DNA of 64,000 bases from Carcharhinus amblyrhynchos (taxonomy: Eukaryota), in assembly GCA_965287045.1 (NCBI GenBank), contig OZ336878.1:62434001-62498000 (forward strand). The letters are read 5' to 3'. Positions within the stretch are counted from its first letter, which is position 1; each line of letters begins with the position of its first letter. The notes beneath the pieces are model-generated. The model was not told the DNA's origin. It made no database searches and worked only from the letters and a program-made list of their open reading frames with translations. Below are positions 1 through 12,929 of the stretch, in pieces. Position numbers and translations under genes: made by a program.

Positions 1-462
1 AGACATAATCACTTTCTCGGGGCAGCCAGGGTAGGCAATAAATTACAACATCTCCAATGATGCCCACATCCTAATAATTAATTAAAATATAACAACAATA
101 ACTTTGATGCTTCCCTCTATCTAGCAAGGATCACTGAGAATGGTAGAAAGTGGTGACACAGGTAGACTTTAGATGCCCGAATATCAATTTGGATAATATT
201 GGTGAAAGAATAAGGTGGGGGAAGAATTTCAGAATTGTGTTCAGGAGAGCTTTCTCAATCGGTGTGTTCTTGGCCTTACCAGAAAGGAGGCACTGCTGGG
301 AAATGAGGGCTAAGTGGGCCAAATGCCTGTGGGGGAATATCTGGCTAAGACTGATCATTATACCATAAGATGTACATTACTGATGCAGATGAGAAAGGAA
401 CAATTAAATTGAATAAGGGCTGATTTCAATGCAATGAGAAGGGATTTCTCTGTTCCTTGTTA

Positions 463-745
463 TGGGTGGCACAATGGACAGTACTGCTGCCTCATAGTGC
501 TAGGAATCCAAGTTCAATTCTGGTTTTGGGTGACCGTCTGGGTGCAGCTTGCACTTTTTCCTCACGTCTGCGTGGGTTTCCTCCCACCGTCCTAGGATGT
601 GTGGATTAGGAGGAATTAACAAGGTAAATGCATTGGGTTACAGGGATGGGGCAGAGGTGGGCCTGGGTGGGATGCTCTGTCGGAGAGTTAGTGCAGGCTC
701 AGTGGGCAGAGTACCCTCTTTCTGTACTGCAGGTATTCTATGATT
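463..745 (+). mobile_element. HE1/V-SINE-like tRNA-derived SINE
   Basis: A-box-like ggtggcacaatgg, B-box gttcaattc, core gtctgcgtgggtttcctccc, tail tctgtactgcaggtattctatgatt. Confidence 0.85.
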
Positions 746-1003
746 TTTTTCCATAGTAAAATAGAATCAGACCGACAGGAACAATTGTAATGAAAGAAAG
801 ATTCTTCAGGAAGAGATACTTCAGGTACAGGCTGGGACATTCCAACAGGGACCAAAGGAGCGAAAATCAGGATCTCTGGATGATGGGGAAATAAATGTTA
901 TGATGAAAAAGGAGTGTGTGTGTCAAGTGAATTCTTCAAGTGAGAATCAGGTGAAATACAATAGATTGAAAGAGGAGCTGAAGAGGAAAGTTAGATTGAC
1001 AAA

Positions 1004-1222
1004 GATTTGATTTGATTTGTCACATGCATTAGTATACAGTGAAAAGTATTGTTTCTTGCGTGCTATTCAAAGTACACCATTTATAGAAAAGGAAAGAGTG
1101 CCGAATGTAGTCAAAGCTAGGGTGTAGAAAAAGATCAGCTTAGTGTGAGGTAGGTCCATTCAATAGTCTGATGGCAGCAGGGAAGAAGCTGTTCTTGAGT
1201 TGGTTGGTACATGTCCTCAGAC
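1004..1222 (-). mobile_element. LINE 3' end with (AAATC)n tail, Rex1/Babar-like
   Basis: Reverse-complement match to 44195-44385; tail gatttgatttgatttg. Family assignment is from recall. Confidence 0.6.
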
Positions 1223-1681
1223 AGAGTTTGAGAATAAAATGTCAGTCAATGTATAAGAAAACCCTGTGGTAGAAAGAGTCCTGCTAGGGACAAAACGCTG
1301 ACATATGCTTAGAGACAGAGACCTAGGCTAGAATACTGGAGTTCTTTTGTATCAGTGATTACTGAAGAAGTAATACTGAAGAAGAATTTCACCATCTGGG
1401 TGAAATTCCATCTGGGCCCATTCTGGGGCTGGGAGGAGGGAGGGGTTAAAACAACATAGGGTTACTATACTTCTGAGTTCAGCCCCATGGTTGGTTGCTG
1501 TAATGGCCACCACTGAAGAATCTTAAGTGGGGAAGGCCTGACTCTAGGTTCCCTCATCCTAAAGCATTTTCTCCCTTCATTTACATGTGAGGGCCTATCT
1601 AATCACCTATTTTAGGTTATTACCTGAAAAATGGCTCAGCCCAAAATAGGGTTGGGTATTTTTCAGGTTTGTCTCTTTGAA

Positions 1682-1852
1682 TCATGGAATCCATTGAGCA
1701 CAGAAGGAGGCCATTTGGCCCATCAGGCTTGCAGAGACAACAATCCAACCCAGGCCCTAACCCCCAACCCAACTTATTGACCCTGCTAGTCCCCCTGACA
1801 CTAAAGGACAATTTAACATGGCCAATCAAGCTAACCCACACATCTTTGGAGT
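1682..1852 (-). mobile_element. Partial V-SINE (3' half)
   Basis: ggccatttggccc...gacactaaaggacaatttaacatggccaat...cacatctttgga, shared with other copies. Confidence 0.8.
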
Positions 1853-4604
1853 GCTCTTGTTGTGACCAATTTGCACTGGTATAGGGCATGCATGCCATTC
1901 AATTTCTACTCCATTGAGTGTGAAGGAAAGATGATATTTTCTATGCATTGCAGCTTAATGTGGTTTTATTTTTGGTAACAGAGTATTCCTAAATATATTG
2001 TCCATTATACTACCATCCTGCCTCATATTAGTGTAAATGTCAGGTTTGACAGTATATATAATCTGCTTGACCTTTGCACTCGTACAATTAATGAAATTGT
2101 CAAAACTCCAGAATGATGTTAGTGCCTGTACCTGTCTTGTTGGGTGAGCTGCAAGTAAGTTGTGCACCACCATAAAAGATTTTATTAAGCATTTTAATTC
2201 AGTTAATGTACATACACTAGCAGATTTTTCGCTCTGAAATAATGAGCAGCAAGAGTTGAATTAAATCTAATATTCACTGACTATTGGTAAGCAGAAGCCT
2301 AAAGTGACAGAAAATCATTCTGGGGTCAAGTATCTAGTCTTGTTGCAAAACCTACAGAACCTCACAGGCCTGCGGTTGGAAACTGCTCACCTAATGAGGT
2401 CATTAAAGCTAAGCTTCCATCAATAATTTTTTGACAAATTTTAATTAATAATTCATTGAAGTGCCTTGGGATGTATATTTTGTGTGTGAAGGACAGATAA
2501 TCCATATTGCAAATTTTTCTTTTCTTTTTCAAAGTTTGACGATGGAATAAGTGGCGGTGTCTGCTGACTATAGAAACTTGCTGTCATTTACATTTGTTTA
2601 TTCCAGGGAAGATTCCTGAAGTCATTATGGATGAATTAGTAACAACACTGTGCCTTTATGTTCATGGGAGCTCTGCAAACATTTCAGCCATTTCAAAACC
2701 ATGGTAAAGAAACCTCATTAAGGCAAAATTTATAGAGTTTTTCTTCCAGCATGTGTTAAAACTCAGAACAGCACAAACTGGGGCATATTCTCCACTGCAT
2801 CGGTCTGTGGAAAAATTTGCATTTGTTTTTCCTCACCCACTTCAAGGAAAGTGGATGATCTTTTTAGATGTTTGAATGTTTTTGGAAGTAGACTTTCCTA
2901 TGTTGCTGAAAAAGTGACCTAATTCCAGGCATAGCCTTGAGGAACCGGGAACAGAATGTCAGGCCTCCATCTCTGGTGTGCATCCTTGGGAATTCCAATA
3001 AAATGTAGCTGGGTCTTTGTGCAAGGACACCGTTGGGACTGCAAATGAGGCAGGGGAAGTAGCGGTGATGGTGGGGAAACACACACATCTTTGGCCATGT
3101 GTCTCACTTTTCTCCGACTTCCCCTAAAAGTGGTGGGTGTGGGGGTGATGTTCAAACTCAGGTGACTGGCCCAGGATCCCCATCACGGACTTCAGGACTC
3201 CCAGGGGCACTCAAGATTTAAACGTCATTGTATGAAAATGAAAAAAGAAATCCTCACCACCCAGAGCAATCATCAGGCCTTGAGGCCTTCTGGAGGCTCG
3301 GTGTTAGTTGCCAGAAATGCAAATCACTCCAGGGCTTCAGAGGCAGCACAGAGGGTTGTTATACTGCACTTACTGGGAAGGAAATTCAGCACACTCCCCT
3401 TGTGCAATGGGAAGGCAAAGACTCATGATCTCACAGTATAAACAACAAGAACTTTCTAAACCAACCAGTCTCACTCATTTGATACACTAATTGGGCAATA
3501 AGCAATGACTTGTACTAAAAGTTAGGGAATTATCAGTCAAATTAGACTGTTCAAATTTGCAATTAGCAAGGACATTTAGAATTATAGGGATATTTCATCA
3601 CTGATTCACCACAATATGCTTTGTGAAATATAACAACCTCAATCCTGCTCTGAAAAATTGTATTAAGGACCTGGGTTTGGGGAAATTCCTTCTGTCAGTA
3701 ATGTTATAGAATAGATATGTGGAAGCCCCATTTTGTACGTGTGGGCTTTTTAGTTCACGTTATTGACAAGAGTTATTGCAGCTCCTCCATCTCATCTTCA
3801 CTAAACTGATGATAGCGAAGCTTCTCTGAGATAAGAGAAAAGCATGAAATGAAGGTGTGTCCACTATAAATAATAAAAGATAAAACCTCAGCATCGGATC
3901 AATAAAGGTGAAGGATAAATAATTAATAAATATGATCTAGACACTGCTGATTCAAATTGTTTGAGGTTTAACAAAACAATCATTTCAAGATACGGAAGAA
4001 AGAAAGATGCCCATAGTTCCTGTCTAGATAATCACGAGTGATTTATTACTCAGAATAAAATTTATTAAGAAGCGATTGAAATTGCCACCCTATCCTCCAT
4101 CTCACTTGGGTGCCTTTGGCCCCACACTTTAGTATTTGACATTGCAGGCAACATATGGTTCTGCTTCTGCAAGCTTTAATTTTATAAGCATTTGGTTGTA
4201 CTCATTGAAGGACAAAGAGCTATCAACTTCTTTTCATGAATCATAAGTTTGTGCAGACATTGCAATACAATATCCTTTTAAAATACATGCGCACTGACTT
4301 GGAGCCTTTTAGGCCTGTGTTAACTGCATCTATAGTCCACCCTCTAAGTCCTTCCCTCCCCAGCTGTGCTACAAACTGTGTTTATCCCATGTGACAAACG
4401 CCAGACTGCAACTGCCCAGTGCACACCATCTCCTAACCCCTCCTTCCCTGCCTGCCTCACACGCCACCATTATCTGATCTCTCCCTCTTGCTATTGGCAA
4501 GACGTAGCCTGCTGCCAAAATCTCTCTCCTCCACTGATGTGCTCATATAATTCAGCACCAAGATTTCTCATGATGCTGAAAATGCACATCAAAAACCATA
4601 GGTA

Positions 4605-4940
4605 GATGATGGTCTAGTGGTATTATCACTCAACTATTAATCCAGAACCTCAGCTAATGTTCTGGGAGTCGGGTTTGAATCCCACCACAGCAGATGGTGG
4701 AATTTGAATTTAATTAAAAAAAAAAATCTGGATTTAAGAATCTACTGATGACCATGAAACCACTGTCCATTGTTTGAAAAACCCAACTGATTCAATAATG
4801 TCCTTACCTGGTCTGGCCTACATGTGACTCCAGAGCTACAGCAATATGGTTGACTCTCAACTGTCCTTGGGGAACTAGGGATGGGCAAATAAATGCTAGC
4901 CAGCCAGCAACGTCCATGTCCCATGAAGGAATAAAAAAAA
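4605..4940 (+). mobile_element. Second tRNA-derived SINE family (tail ...gggcaataaatgctggc...cccatgaatgaataaaa)
   Basis: ggtctagtggtatt A box, gggtttgaatcccacc B box; homologous to 27925-28250 (+) and 35445-35800 (-). Confidence 0.8.
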
Positions 4941-6324
4941 GCACGAGTAATACAGACATACCAAGAATACAGATCTTATCCAATATGTAGCTCACAACAA
5001 TTACATGGATCTTCAGCTTCAGGAAGGCTTTTCAAACAGGTTCTTCCTGTAGATGTGCAGGTTACTACAACATGATCCTTTCATGTGGACAAATATTTTT
5101 GAAACCACATGAGGCAATCTGCAGGGTTCACATGGATTAAATATTAAATGCTGTTTGCAAGGGACAACACTTCCATCATTGTTGTCATGGAAGGAAGACA
5201 TGAGCTGGGCAGAGCTCAGAGCATTTGGGGGTGACAGTGTGCCAAATGTTTCAGATGGTCCATGGGGTGATCTAAGGTCCTCATATAATAGTTTATATGG
5301 ACACAAAGTGTTTGCATTCTTAATGTTCCAATGAACATCAGAGAAACGTCTCCCTATACAGGAGTGTCAGACTTGAACCAATGCTCTTATCTCTAACTCA
5401 CAGCTTCTTAGGTTCAAAACCCACTTTAAAAGCTGGGTTGAAAAAAAAATCCTGAGATGGGTTACTGTTTTGTGAGGCCAACGTGCAGCCAGGACACTGG
5501 CCTTCATCTTTGGGTACCTATCACTGATGCTGAGCCCAATTTATGGCTGGAGACCAGATTCTTGGTGATCGAAGCTTTTGGGAAATGAAAGCATCTAACT
5601 TGTTTCAAAACAAAACATACCACAGGAAAATATACAGGTGGCATTAAGGAGTGCATGTTCAGGATTTATGCAGAAAGAATTATTGTGGTTAAAATATTGT
5701 TAGCTTTTGGACAATGGAGGAGTGGAAATTCATTTCAGACCATTTTTAGGCCTGAATTAAGAACCATTGACTGGATCATATATGGACATAGTTCTCCTGA
5801 ATTCAGCAGATCCAATGCCGGCTGCTTTCAGGACAGGCCGATTTCAGGAAGAAGTCTTCAAAGAAGGTTTTGCACAGGCCCTGGGAGACCATCCTGGAGT
5901 CTTTACGACGATGGGTGGTACACATCTGGTGCAGAATTTGTTTGCACCCAACATTTGCCATATTGGACACTTAAGTGCTTGCTTCACACCATTACATTGA
6001 CTTAGAAGTCTGTTGTCGCTACATCCAATCTGTTTTGAAACCTTGCAGAAACAAATGAATATTACTTACGAAAGATGAGATTGTGATAATCAAATTGTAG
6101 TTCAGAATTTTTCTACAGGACACAAAGATTATATCCTAATTCATGGAACTAGTACATATTGTATTTTCTCAAATGGGCTTTGAGTTTGTGTGGCCTGTGA
6201 GAGGATTGTATTCAGATCAAGTGAAGATTCAATGCCTGTTTCTATCCATAGAACTTTCTGCTCCTATGATTGAGGAATACTCTGACACAATCTACTTTCA
6301 CTACTCCATAACTACTTCTTCCTT

Positions 6325-7110
6325 CATAGGCACTCCCTCAGGATTGAGGATGACTTACTTCCACTCCAGTTTGATGGGTTCTGAGATGCTTGATAAGTCA
6401 AATGTGTGGTCTACAGTCTCTGCCATAGGCTGGGCAGATCATTCTTGAAGGGTTAGGTAGATCAGTTGTTCAGAGACTTGCACACTCTCTCTAATGCCTC
6501 AATTTCAGATCTGTGTGTTCCAAATAAAGTGTCTTGATGTGTTTAGTGTCTTCCCAAATAAACCTTCCCCGTTTTGGTTGTCACATGCCAGGAGCTCCAA
6601 TGAGTCGATGTGGATGTTTATCCTCTTCAGTGATGTTTTGAGTTCATCCCTGAAATGTTTTTGTCATCCTCCTGGGAGTCTCCTGCTGCTTTAAAGTGCC
6701 AGGTAGAGAATAGCTTTGGAAATCTGATGTCAGGGACATGAATTACATATCTCACCCAGTGGAGCTGATTATGGGTTACAAGTTGTGCATGTCAGATAGG
6801 GAGAGGATGCAACTGTTCTATTACCTTTTTTGCCATTGGGCTTTGAGGATCCTGCACAGCCAGTGGTATTTCTCAAGTGCTTTGAGGTGTCTCCTGTAGA
6901 TTGTCCAAGTTTCCAAAGTACATAGGAGCGCCAGGACTCACTACTGCCCAGTAAAACCATAACCGTACTCTTGGGTTTGCGATCCTTGTGGTCAAAGACT
7001 CTTTACCTCAAGAGAGGCAATGATGAATTTTGTCATCTATGTCTGTCTTCGTTGAGTGATATGGAAACTGGTCCTCATTTTCTAGGATCGTGCCATGATC
7101 CTCACCAACA
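6325..7110 (-). mobile_element. Degenerate RTE-clade LINE 3' fragment
   Basis: Frameshifted minus-strand peptides ETWTIYRRHLKALEKYH and HNQLHWVRYVIHVPDIRFPK resemble the RTE ORF C-terminus. Confidence 0.75.
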
Positions 7111-9450
7111 GAAGCATACACACTTCACATCAGCCATGTACCAACCTTCTTTGCCCTACAACAACTGACTATAATACTAAATTCCATCGTTTGACCAAGT
7201 GGGAACTGAGACCTTCTTATACGCAGGTAGTATGTTTTTTCCTCAGCATAATTAAAATACATTTAAAAAAAAAAGTACTAAGGGAAGCATTGTGTTTCCA
7301 AAATATAAATTATGTGGTCAGTTACTGATCAAAATACTTCTGTTACGTGGTCATAATTGCAATAAAATGTAAACATTCTGATATTGTAATTCCCTGTAAT
7401 AATGTTTGTCTTTGCATTTGACATTAACTTTACCTAAATCTTTACTTCTTACTGGGAGATGTTACTTTGTCATAACACCATATTGTGAATGAATCCCTGT
7501 TTGTGATCATATTATACAAACATTTAATGTGCTTTGTACTAAAAATTTTTTATTTTTCTATTGTCAGAGAGATTTTAACCAAATTAAAGTAAATAGGTTA
7601 GTATTACTACAGGATGGAGGGTACAGTCTTGGCTGTTTTACTGTAAAGGAGAATTTGTTTTGTATAATTTCTTCAATGACACCTCTCAAACCTGCTTTGT
7701 TTGATGTCTAGAACCGGGCTAGCAAGCACACAGGAACACCATCGTGTCTGGGTGCTTCCCTCCAAGTCAGATGTATGTTTTCATCGTTGATGGATCAAAA
7801 TGTTGGAATGCTGTTGTTCCACCTTCATAGTAAAGATTGTAACAGTTGAAAAAAGCTGCTGACTCCTAACTTGAACAGGCAATGAATACTGGCCTTGTTC
7901 ATGAGAACCCGTAGCCCAAGAATGAATAATAAAACACATTACAAAAACATTATAGGGATAGTTATTAACAGTTGTATTTTGTTGGTGAATTCCACTGGAA
8001 CATTCATTGAAAGTCTTCACTTTATTTTTGCCTCCAGTTTGACATGGAGTAAACTTTGCACAGTTGCTGAACTGTCATTAGAACTATCACAAATGAATTT
8101 CAATGTAGGCAAGTGTGAGGTCACCCACTTATAAATGGATACATTAGAGTACTTTCTAAATGGTAAAACATTGGTTCTGATGACTGGAAAAAAATGATGG
8201 TTCATCCAAGACTAGACAAACAGATAGAGGCAGCACAGAGATGAAGAAAAATAAGAGAGGAATACAGCTGGTTCTGCAGTCTTTCAAAATGGACCAACTT
8301 CATTTACACTAATGTGTGATTTTTTGAATTGGTGCTGCTGAAGTGTTGGGCTGAAGCGTGCATTCATAATTCAGAAGCATGGTCGGACATTCCTCTGATC
8401 ATTAAATCAATTTATTGTGTGTACCCAAATTTCCAATAGACACTGACAGTGGGTAAAGCTTCTTACTTGAAATCTGAAGTCAGAGAATTATCCCTCATGA
8501 GCTACGGATCAGGACTAATCAAAGAGACATCTATGTGCAATTCAGACACAAACAGCAGGGAACCATTCTGATGGAGGAGGAGAGTAGAAGATTGGTAAAC
8601 AAATCCATTAAATCACTTTGCGCTATTATACGCCAGTCTTTGGCGCTCATTAAACAGTGAGTCTGATAGCACAGAGTGATACTCCTTACTTAGTTTATAT
8701 GTCCAATAGTGATGAGTGGGTATTGATTTTCCTGTAGTGGGTTCTAACAGTGACACTTGATACATCAACAGGAAAGGTGAAGTATAACATTTGTGATGAG
8801 GCAGAAAAAAAAGACTGCTGTAACAAATAAGCACATCACCATTTGAAGGGTCATTATGTGCCTCGTGCTTAGAAGTTACAACTTAATGACAAACCTTCCT
8901 TCTGTAGATATTCTAATCCACATACATTTGTAAAGATGTTGCTATGATTCCAATACTGTACCATCTTGGAATAATCAATAATCTTTCTATTCGCCTCTGC
9001 ATTTATTCTATAACAACATAATGAACACTCACTATTTACATCTCCCATTTACTTAGAAAGCATTTCCTACAGAAAGACATTTTGGCTTATCCATTTTAGT
9101 TCCTTTTTTTCTCTCAGGTTTGCGGATTTATTTTTGCTTGAATCCTGATGATATGCTCTCTTACATTATCTTAGCAAAGTTTCAAAGGCCAATTATTTTA
9201 GGGCTGAATAAATGTTAGCAAATCAAGTGTTGCAAATTTATATCTTCACTAACATTACTTTAATCTTTGACAGGTTTAGCATCTTCTCCAAGCTAGTTTC
9301 CTCCAAGAGGTTGCTGGCACTCACTGAAAGAAAGCAATATCAGAACTTGATCCAAGGATGACCATCTAGATTCATAAATGTTCCTTGATCATTTGCCTGT
9401 CTAGTGACAACCATGGTTCAGTAGGCAACCTTTTTGCTTCGGAGTCAGAA

Positions 9451-10484
9451 GACTAGTGGAGTGCCCCAGGGGTCGGTGCTGGGGCCTCAGCTATTTACCA
9501 TTTATATAGATGATCTGGAGGAGGGAACCGAGTGTATGGTGTCGAAATTTGCTGACGACACCAAGATTGGTGGAACGGCAAATTGCGCGGAGGGTGTGGA
9601 GAGTCTGCAGAAGGATCTAGATAGCCTGGGCGAATGGGCCAGGAACTGGCAAATGGAATTTAATGTTGGCAAGTGTGAGGTGGTCCACTTTGGTAGGAAT
9701 AATGGTAGGAAGGACTATTACTTACGGGGCGAAAAACTGCAGCAGGCGACAGTGCAGAGGGACCTCGGGGTCCTTGTGCATGAGTCGCAAAAACCCAGCC
9801 TGCAGGTGCAGCAGGTGGTCAGGAAGGCTAATGGAATGCTGGCCTTCATAGCGAGGGGGATTGAATATAAAAGTAGGGAGGTCTTGCTGCAGCTGTATAG
9901 GGCATTGGTGAGGCCGCAGCTGGAGTACTGTGTGCGGTTTTGGTCGCCGCACTTACGCAAGGATATTTTGGCCTTGGAGGGAGTGCAGAGGAGGTTTACT
10001 AGGCTGATACCGGAGTTGAGGGGGTTGAGCTATGAGGAGAGGATGAATAAACTAGGCTTGTACTCGTTAGAGTTTAGAAGAATGAGGGGAGATCTCATTG
10101 AGACATATAAGATGATGAATGGGATGGATAGGATAGAGGTGGAGAGACTCTTCCCGCTCAGAAAGGACAGTAGGACTAGGGGGCACAGCCTCAAGATAAA
10201 GGGGGCGTGGTTTAGAACGGAGTTGAGGAGGAACTTCTTCACTCAAAGGGTGGTGAATCTCTGGAATTCTCTGCCCGTTGAAGTGGTGGAGGCTGCCTCG
10301 CTAAATATTTTTAAGACACGGGTTGATGGGTTTTTGATAAGCGAGGGGATTAAGGGTTATGGGGAGAGGGCGGGAATGTGGAACTGAGCCACGACGGAAC
10401 AGCCATGATCTTATTGAATGGCGGGGCAGGCTCGAAGGGCTAGATGGCCTACTCCTGCTCCTATTTCTTATGTTCTTATGTTCT
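9451..10484 (+). mobile_element. Young 5'-truncated CR1-clade LINE (RT C-terminal half, 3' UTR, TTCTTATG tail)
   Basis: Open frame TSGVPQGSVLGP...KFADDTK...GMWN* (ORF 9434-10387); stem-loop 3' UTR; tail ttcttatgttcttatgttct. Confidence 0.97.
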
Positions 10485-10725
10485 AAGTTCATGGATTCAA
10501 GCTGCACTTCAGATGTTGCAGTACACAAATTTAGGCTGACACTCCAGGTTCATAGAATCCCTACAGTGCAGAAAAAGGCTCTTCGGCCCATTGAGACTGC
10601 ACTGACAGCAATCCTATCCAGGCTCTATCCCCGTAACCCCATATATTTATCCTGCTAGTCCCCTTGACACGAGGGGGCAATTTAGCATCACCAATCATCC
10701 TAATCCATACATCTTTTATATCCAT

Positions 10726-11640
10726 ACCATCCGCCAATCCGAATAGCACCCGTTGACCCCCACTCTCTGCCTCCTATTTGACAACCAATCCTCTATCCAC
10801 GCTAACACCCTACCCCCAACTCCATGTCCCTCGACCTTCTGCAATAACCTCTTGTGAGGCACTTTGTCAAACGCCTTCTGAAAATCTAGAAAGACCACAT
10901 CCACCGGCTCTCCTCTATCCACCGCCCTAGACACATCCTCATAGAACTCCAGTAAATTTGTCAGACACGACTTCCCTTTAATGAAACCGTGCTGCGTCTG
11001 CTCTATCAAGCAATTCCCTTCAAGATGCCTTGCAATTTCCTCCTTAATGACAGATTCTAACATTTTACCTACCACAGACGTTAAACTAACCGGCCTATAA
11101 TTCCCCACCTTTTGCCTGGCACCCTTCTTAAACAACGGCGTAACATTAGCCGTTTTCCAATCATCCGGCACTTCCCCGGAATCCAGCGACGTTTGGAAAA
11201 TAACCACCAAGGCATCCACTATCACCTCCGCCATTTCTTTCAGAACCCTCGGATGCATTCCATCCGGTCCTGGGGACTTGTCCACAATCAGCCCCTCCAG
11301 TCTGTTGAGCACCGCCTTTCTAGTAACAGTAATGTCATTAAGACCCTCCAGTCCTACCACCTTTCTATCGCTAACACCCGGCAAATTATTCACGTCCTCC
11401 TCCGTGAAGACAGAAACAAAAAAGTTATTCAATACCTTAGCCATATCCCCATCCCCTACCACTAGGTCCCCTTTCTCATCCTCTAAAGGACCAACATTCA
11501 CCCTAGCCAGCCTCTTCCTTTTTATATATTTATAAAAACTCTTGCTATCCTTTTTTATATTAAGCGCTAGCCCAGCTTCATAGTTTCTCCTACCCTTCCT
11601 TATCAACTTCTTTGTCAATCTTTGTTGACATTTAAACCTC
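10726..11640 (-). mobile_element. Young CR1 ORF2 internal fragment (tether and N-terminal RT), inverted
   Basis: Open frame ...KSPGPDGMHPRVLKE...NYRPVSLTS...LDFQKAFDKVPH...YSDWRMV (ORF 10716-11618). Confidence 0.97.
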
Positions 11641-11650
11641 TAACATTTAA

Positions 11651-11823
11651 ACATTTAAGACACGGGTAGATAGGTTTTTGACAGACAAGGGAATTAAGGG
11701 TTATGGGGAGAGAGCGGGAAAGTGGAACTGATCCTTTTCAGATCAGCCATGATCTTATTGAATGGCGGGGCAGGCTCGAAGGGCTAGATGGCCTACTCCT
11801 GCTTCTATTTCTTATGTTCTTAT
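11651..11823 (+). mobile_element. CR1 3' end (about 170 nt) fused to the inverted fragment
   Basis: TFKTRVDRFLTDKGIKGYGERAGKWN* followed by the same 3' UTR and ttcttatg tail. Confidence 0.93.
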
Positions 11824-11954
11824 CTCTGGACAGTGGGAGAAAACCAGGGCACCTGGAGGAAACTCACACGGTCACCCACTGGAATTGAACCTGGGTCCTC
11901 GGTGTTGAGAGGCAGCAGTGCTAACCACTATGCCACCATGTCACCATGTTAAGC

Positions 11955-12240
11955 TAGGGGGTGATTACCCTCTCAAGTGGTTGTAAAGGATTCTATGGCA
12001 CTATTTCAATGAAGAACAGGGGATTTCTTCCCAGTGGCCTGGCCAGTGTTTGTCCCTCAGTCAGCATCATTAAAATTGACTACCATGCTCAATATCATAT
12101 TGCTCTTGGTAGAATCTTACTGGGTGCAAACTGACCAGCAGTTTTCCCACACTACAACAGCAACTACACTTCAAAAATGCTTCATTAGGTTTTGAGATGT
12201 GATAAAAGATCTGAAACAAATGTAAGTTTTCCTTTCTTAT
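11955..12240 (+). mobile_element. Deu-SINE-like (SacSINE1/AmnSINE1-related) core and tail
   Basis: ccctctcaagtggttgtaaaggattctatggcactattt...ggccagtgtttgtccctca...ctacacttcaaaa resembles the Deu-domain consensus as recalled. Confidence 0.75.
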
Positions 12241-12533
12241 ATGTAAGTGCTTACGCAGTTGTAATTTACCAATTAAAACCTCAAAGCCTCCTGCCTCAGT
12301 GATGGTCAGAAACAGATTCTTCCGCATTGCTTTCAATACCAATTAAACAGCCATGTTGTCAATCATTGCAGGGCTAATTCTTGAACTAAATGCACAACAT
12401 GTTGCAAATCAGGCTTACAGCTCTCGGGTGAAGCAGCAACTTTGTTAGAGGTCATCTGTTTGTGGTACAGGAGAAAAAGCCCTTTGGCCCAATAAAACTG
12501 CATCGACAACAATCCTATTTACCCTGCTCGTCC

Positions 12534-12929
12534 CATAAGAACATAAGAAATAGGAGCAGGAGTAGGCCATCTAGCCCTTCGAGCCTGCCCCGCCATTCAA
12601 TAAGATCATGGCTGCTCTGAAGTGGCTCAGTTCCACATTCCCGCCCTCTCCCCATAACCCTTAATCCCCTCTCTTACCAAAAACCCATCAACCCGTGTCT
12701 TAAAAATATTTAGCGAGGCAGCCTCCACCACCTCAACGGGCAGAGAACTCCAGAGATTCACCACCCTTTGAGTGAAGAAGTTCCTCCTCAACTCTGTTCT
12801 AAACCGCCCCCCCCCCTTTATCTTGAGGCTGTGCCCCCTAGTCCTACTGTCCTTTCTGAGCGGGAAGAGCCTCTCCACCTCTATCCTATCCATCCCATTC
12901 ATCATCTTATACGTCTCAATGAGATCTCC
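12534..12929 (-). mobile_element. Young CR1 3' fragment inserted in a V-SINE (SINE parts about 12465-12533 and 12930-12985)
   Basis: ORF 12627-12905 almost identical to the C-terminus of 9434-10387; cataagaa tail. Confidence 0.95.

Larger units (their letters stand above)
150..1400 (+). mobile_element. Old degenerate CR1-like LINE ORF2 remnant, interrupted by a SINE and a Rex1-like tail
   Basis: Decayed motifs resembling VVxxGDFxxPNIxW, SDHYTIR and ADFNAMR typical of the CR1 endonuclease/tether region; many stops and frameshifts. Confidence 0.6.
10548..11945 (-). mobile_element. V-SINE split by a CR1 insertion (SINE parts about 10548-10716 and 11822-11945)
   Basis: Left part ends catacatctt, right part resumes atctctggacagtggg; collinear with the intact copy at 19905-20228. 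Confidence 0.85.

Noticed and set aside
5655-6005. Overlapping 116 aa and 77 aa ORFs
   Set aside because: No recognisable domain or supported splice structure; may be an old repeat.
9434-11618. 300+ aa RT ORFs as a host gene or retron-like system
   Set aside because: They are truncated CR1 LINE ORF2 pieces with LINE tails; the start codons given in the track are artefacts.
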